Source: an uncultured Bacteroidaceae bacterium
GTDB taxonomy: Bacteria > Bacteroidota > Bacteroidia > Bacteroidales > GCA-2748055
DNA length: 64,000 nucleotides
Direction: 5' to 3'
NCBI GenBank assembly: GCA_964526475.1
Contig: CAZGKF010000005.1
Location: 5,270-69,269, forward strand
Below, in pieces: positions 61,119 to 64,000 of this stretch (positions are counted from its first letter, which is position 1; every line of letters begins with the position of its first letter). The position numbers and the translations under genes are program-made. The notes under the pieces are model-generated. The model searched no databases and was not told where the DNA came from. It saw only the letters and a list, made by a program, of their open reading frames with translations.

Positions 61119-64000
61119 CTTGTTTTTATTATTTTTCTGTTTTCCGTAACTGTATTTAACTCATTTTCACAGGATTCCGATCTCAGGGAAGTATTCCTTG
61201 CTGCTGAGTCTTATTTTCTTTTTGAAGAATTTGACGAAGCATTACCTCTTTATCTCAGGATTCACAGGCAATCACCTGATAATGATAATGTTAATTTCAG
61301 GATCGGAGTTTGTTATCTTAATAATCCCTATGAAAAAAGCAAATCAATTTACTTTCTGGAAAGAGCATCAAAGAATATCAGTCCACGCTACAAGGAAGGT
61401 AATTTCAGAGAAACCTCTGCACCCCAAGAAGTTCTGTTTTATTTGGGAAATGCATACAGGGTTAACAACGAAATTGATAAAGCACGTGAATATTATAAAA
61501 TGTTCCTTGATAAGCTTGATCCGAAAATTTTCGATGATCAACTTGTAAAGGAACAACTGGAAATCCTCGATAATGCTGAGAAATTATTGATTTCCCCAAC
61601 TGATCTTGACTACAGCATTTTGAGCGATGTTATTAATACCCGCTTTTCTGATATCAGGGCAGTGATTAGTGGAAATGAGAAACGAATGGTATATGTTTCC
61701 AAGCTTCAATTTTATGATGCTGTGTTTTATACTGAGAAAATTAATGGTGAATGGTCAAACCCCAGAAATATTATCCCGGAACTTGGAGTTGACGGTGATG
61801 TTTATCCAACTTGTCTTTCATGGGACGGATCAGAGCTATATATTTACCGTAATGACGATTTCATTGGAAATCTTTATATATCGAGACTTACAGATGGGAA
61901 GTGGACCCCTATGGTTAAACTCAATGACAACATAAACACAAAATACTGGGAATCTCATGCATCTATAAGCAAGAATGGTAATCAGCTTTATTTTACAAGT
62001 AACAGGAAAGATGGTTACGGTGGTCTCGATATATATGTTTCCGAAAGGACAAGCGGTGTAGACTGGGGACCGGCGCTTAATCTGGGTCCGGTTTTAAATA
62101 CAAAATATAATGAAGAAACTCCTTTTATAACCTGGGACGGTAACAAACTATTCTTCAGCTCATATGGACACTTCAACATGGGAGGTTACGATGTGTATGT
62201 AAGTATAAAAAATGAAGACGGGAGCTGGGCTGGACCCAGAAATCTTGGCTTTCCCGTGAACACTACCGATGATGATCTGTTTTTCCATCCATACAGAAAT
62301 GGGGAGTATGCTCTATACTCCAGATTTAAAGATGAGGGATTTGGACGCCACGACATATACAATTACCAGGTTTATAACAACGAGTTTCCCAGGAAATATC
62401 TGATTACAGGATACCTCGATTATTCCGGCGAAAAAATTGAACCCTCCGATGTCCTGATCTCTGCCCTAAATGTTACATCTAAAGATACCATCTCTATTGC
62501 GCATCCAGATGATGAGGGAGTTTTTACTTTTAAATTACCCGTGGGAACATATGATCTTATTTTCAATAGCAGTAAATTTCATGAGTACATGAAGCGGCTT
62601 GAAATATCGCAAACTACTCCACATTCAGGGATGATCATTCCTGAAAAAATCAGTCTTATTCCATTACCACCTGTCCTTTTGCCTGCTGAACTTGATAAAA
62701 TGCTGACTCTCAGAGACACCCTGATTACAGTCGATTCAGATAAAACCGTCAGGCTGAGATTTAATGCCGATCGAGGAACATCTGTAATTGTTAATGTTTA
62801 TAATGACTCTCTGCTGATTAAATCCGACTCTGTTGATGTTACCAGAAGAAGGCAGACTTATGAGTTTGATCCTCTTCCGGGATCGAATATTGTTGAATAC
62901 ACCTTAATCGATAAAGACGGAAATAGGATTACAAAAAAAACAGAAGTAATACTGGAAAAAGATTTTTCTATTCCCATAAAGAAAAAAGATGCTGATATTC
63001 CGGAAAAACCCGTTGAAAAAATCATTCCTGAAAAATCAAAGGATGAGTTGATAGAAGTATATAAAAATATCCTGCACAAAAATGCAGAAGGTAAGCTTAA
63101 AAATTTCATTGAAGATATTGATATTACAAAAGAAGGAATTTATACTCGCGAAGAACTTATCTCCTATTTACGTGATAAAGCCAAAGAAAATGATTATTCC
63201 ACAGACGATGTCAACAGTATGCTTCTAAAAACAACCGGGAATATGGAATTTGAGAAATTCGTAAGCGAACTGACAAAAGTTTCCCGCGGCAGACTCAGAC
63301 AGACCCTTCCTGGGATAGATCAGGGTGCGCATAACATTAATACTCCCTATGAGCTTATTGACTTTTTAATGGATAACTCAAGCTCATTTAATTATAAGGA
63401 AACCGATGTAATTGGTTCGCTAAGTATTCTCGCATCCGGAGAAAATGAAGATGCAAAAGTCTTCCTTGAGGAATTAATATCTTTATCAGGAGAAAATTTA
63501 AAAAAATATCTTCAAATACTTGATCCCACTTCCTTCAGCCTGAATACTCCTGAAAAATTATCCACACATGTTTATGCAGAGGGTAATATGAGAGATGAAG
63601 ATAAAAAGGAATTCGCCAGGATACTAACCGGAATGGCACTAAATAAATTGCTGGAATCATTCCGGAATGATCTCTCAGAGATTGCAAGTGGAAATCTGAA
63701 AAATATCCTTTCTGAGCTTGACCTTAGAACAGAAGGTATTACTTCAACTCATGATCTTATAAAATACCTGTATGATAATGCAGGAAAACTTAACTATACC
63801 ACCGGGGATATTGACAGGCTTCTTTCAGAACTTACAGGCAAAAACCTGAAAGAAATTGAGAATATTAAAAAACAGCTTAGTCTTGTATCTTCAGGACAAC
63901 TTCAAAAATATCTCAGGGATATGGATTTGGAAGACTATAGTTTCAGCTCTGTGGAAGAATTTATTAATTTCCTTTATTCATCGGCTGAGAAAGAAGGTTT
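61119..64000 (+). CDS. Large exported TPR + TolB-like (PD40/WD40-like) beta-propeller protein with C-terminal ~67-aa tandem repeats; 3' end beyond the window
   Basis: Not in the ORF track because there is no stop before nt 64000. I read the frame (codon starts divisible by 3) from the TGA at 61110-61112 to the window end without a stop. It contains TPR-like YFLFEEFDEALPLYLRI and GNAYRVNNEIDKAREYYKMF, and PD40-like repeats (WESHASISKNGNQLYFTSNRKDGYGGLDIYVS, EETPFITWDGNKLFFSSYGHFNMGGYDVYVS). The start is uncertain (TTG 61119, or ATG 61109 with a 1-nt frameshift). Confidence 0.8.

Noticed and set aside
61198-61935. Listed ORFs 61198..61548 and 61669..61935 (+)
   Set aside because: They are alternative frames inside the long ORF 61119..64000. 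That ORF was not listed only because it has no stop in the window, and it carries TPR/PD40-like motifs.
1-64000. Looked for prophage, IS or integrative-element hallmarks, defence-system genes, tRNA/rRNA and CRISPR
   Set aside because: I recognised no integrase, transposase, phage structural, restriction, toxin-antitoxin or cas-like proteins among the translations, and no tRNA-like cloverleaf. The only mobile-element-like signals are the short non-autonomous repeats reported above.

Overview
The window looks like a Bacteroidota chromosome: it has a SusC/SusD pair, an ECF sigma / FecR anti-sigma pair, many lipoprotein or signal-peptide N-termini, and AT-rich spacers. All family calls were made by eye from the supplied translations and the raw sequence; no searches were run. 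Nt 1-41,000 is a large polysaccharide-utilisation-type accessory locus. It holds GH2-like hydrolases (including a 5'-truncated hydrolase tail at the left edge), a GH3, and a sigma/anti-sigma/SusC/SusD/DUF3823-like core. It also holds a GntP permease, two tandem ~860-aa multidomain paralogs of unknown function, a secreted GlcG-like protein, a transaldolase and a DoxX membrane protein. Further genes encode an exported double carbon-nitrogen-hydrolase protein, a beta-helix protein, and five proteins with twin-arginine (Tat-type) N-termini: three Gfo/Idh/MocA dehydrogenases and two xylose-isomerase-like TIM barrels. The best candidate for an undescribed system is this periplasmic redox / TIM-barrel enzyme set, especially the minus-strand operon at 36.6-40.9 kb that also encodes a signal-less URO-D-family protein. 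Together with the unknown paralogs and the GntP permease, it suggests a non-hydrolytic (oxidative) glycan-processing route grafted onto a PUL. The locus also carries gene debris (enolase-superfamily, Gfo/Idh/MocA and TIM-barrel fragments) and several families of intergenic repeats. These include a ~120-bp tandem array separating the sigma and anti-sigma genes and ~125-bp direct repeats flanking one dehydrogenase gene. Nt 41,500-64,000 is mostly housekeeping: CapA-like, Zn-ribbon/Nif3/MerR, a beta-propeller protein, three tandem M23 peptidases, alaS, a divergent thymidylate-synthase-family gene, acyl-CoA ligase, a Na+/solute symporter, recR, lysA and a GT2 fusion. The last gene is a long ORF missing from the ORF track because it runs off the window end. 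It encodes a TPR / TolB-like protein ending in ~67-aa tandem repeats, and its ATG and signal peptide are out of frame by one T. I recognised no rRNA, tRNA, CRISPR array, transposase or integrase.
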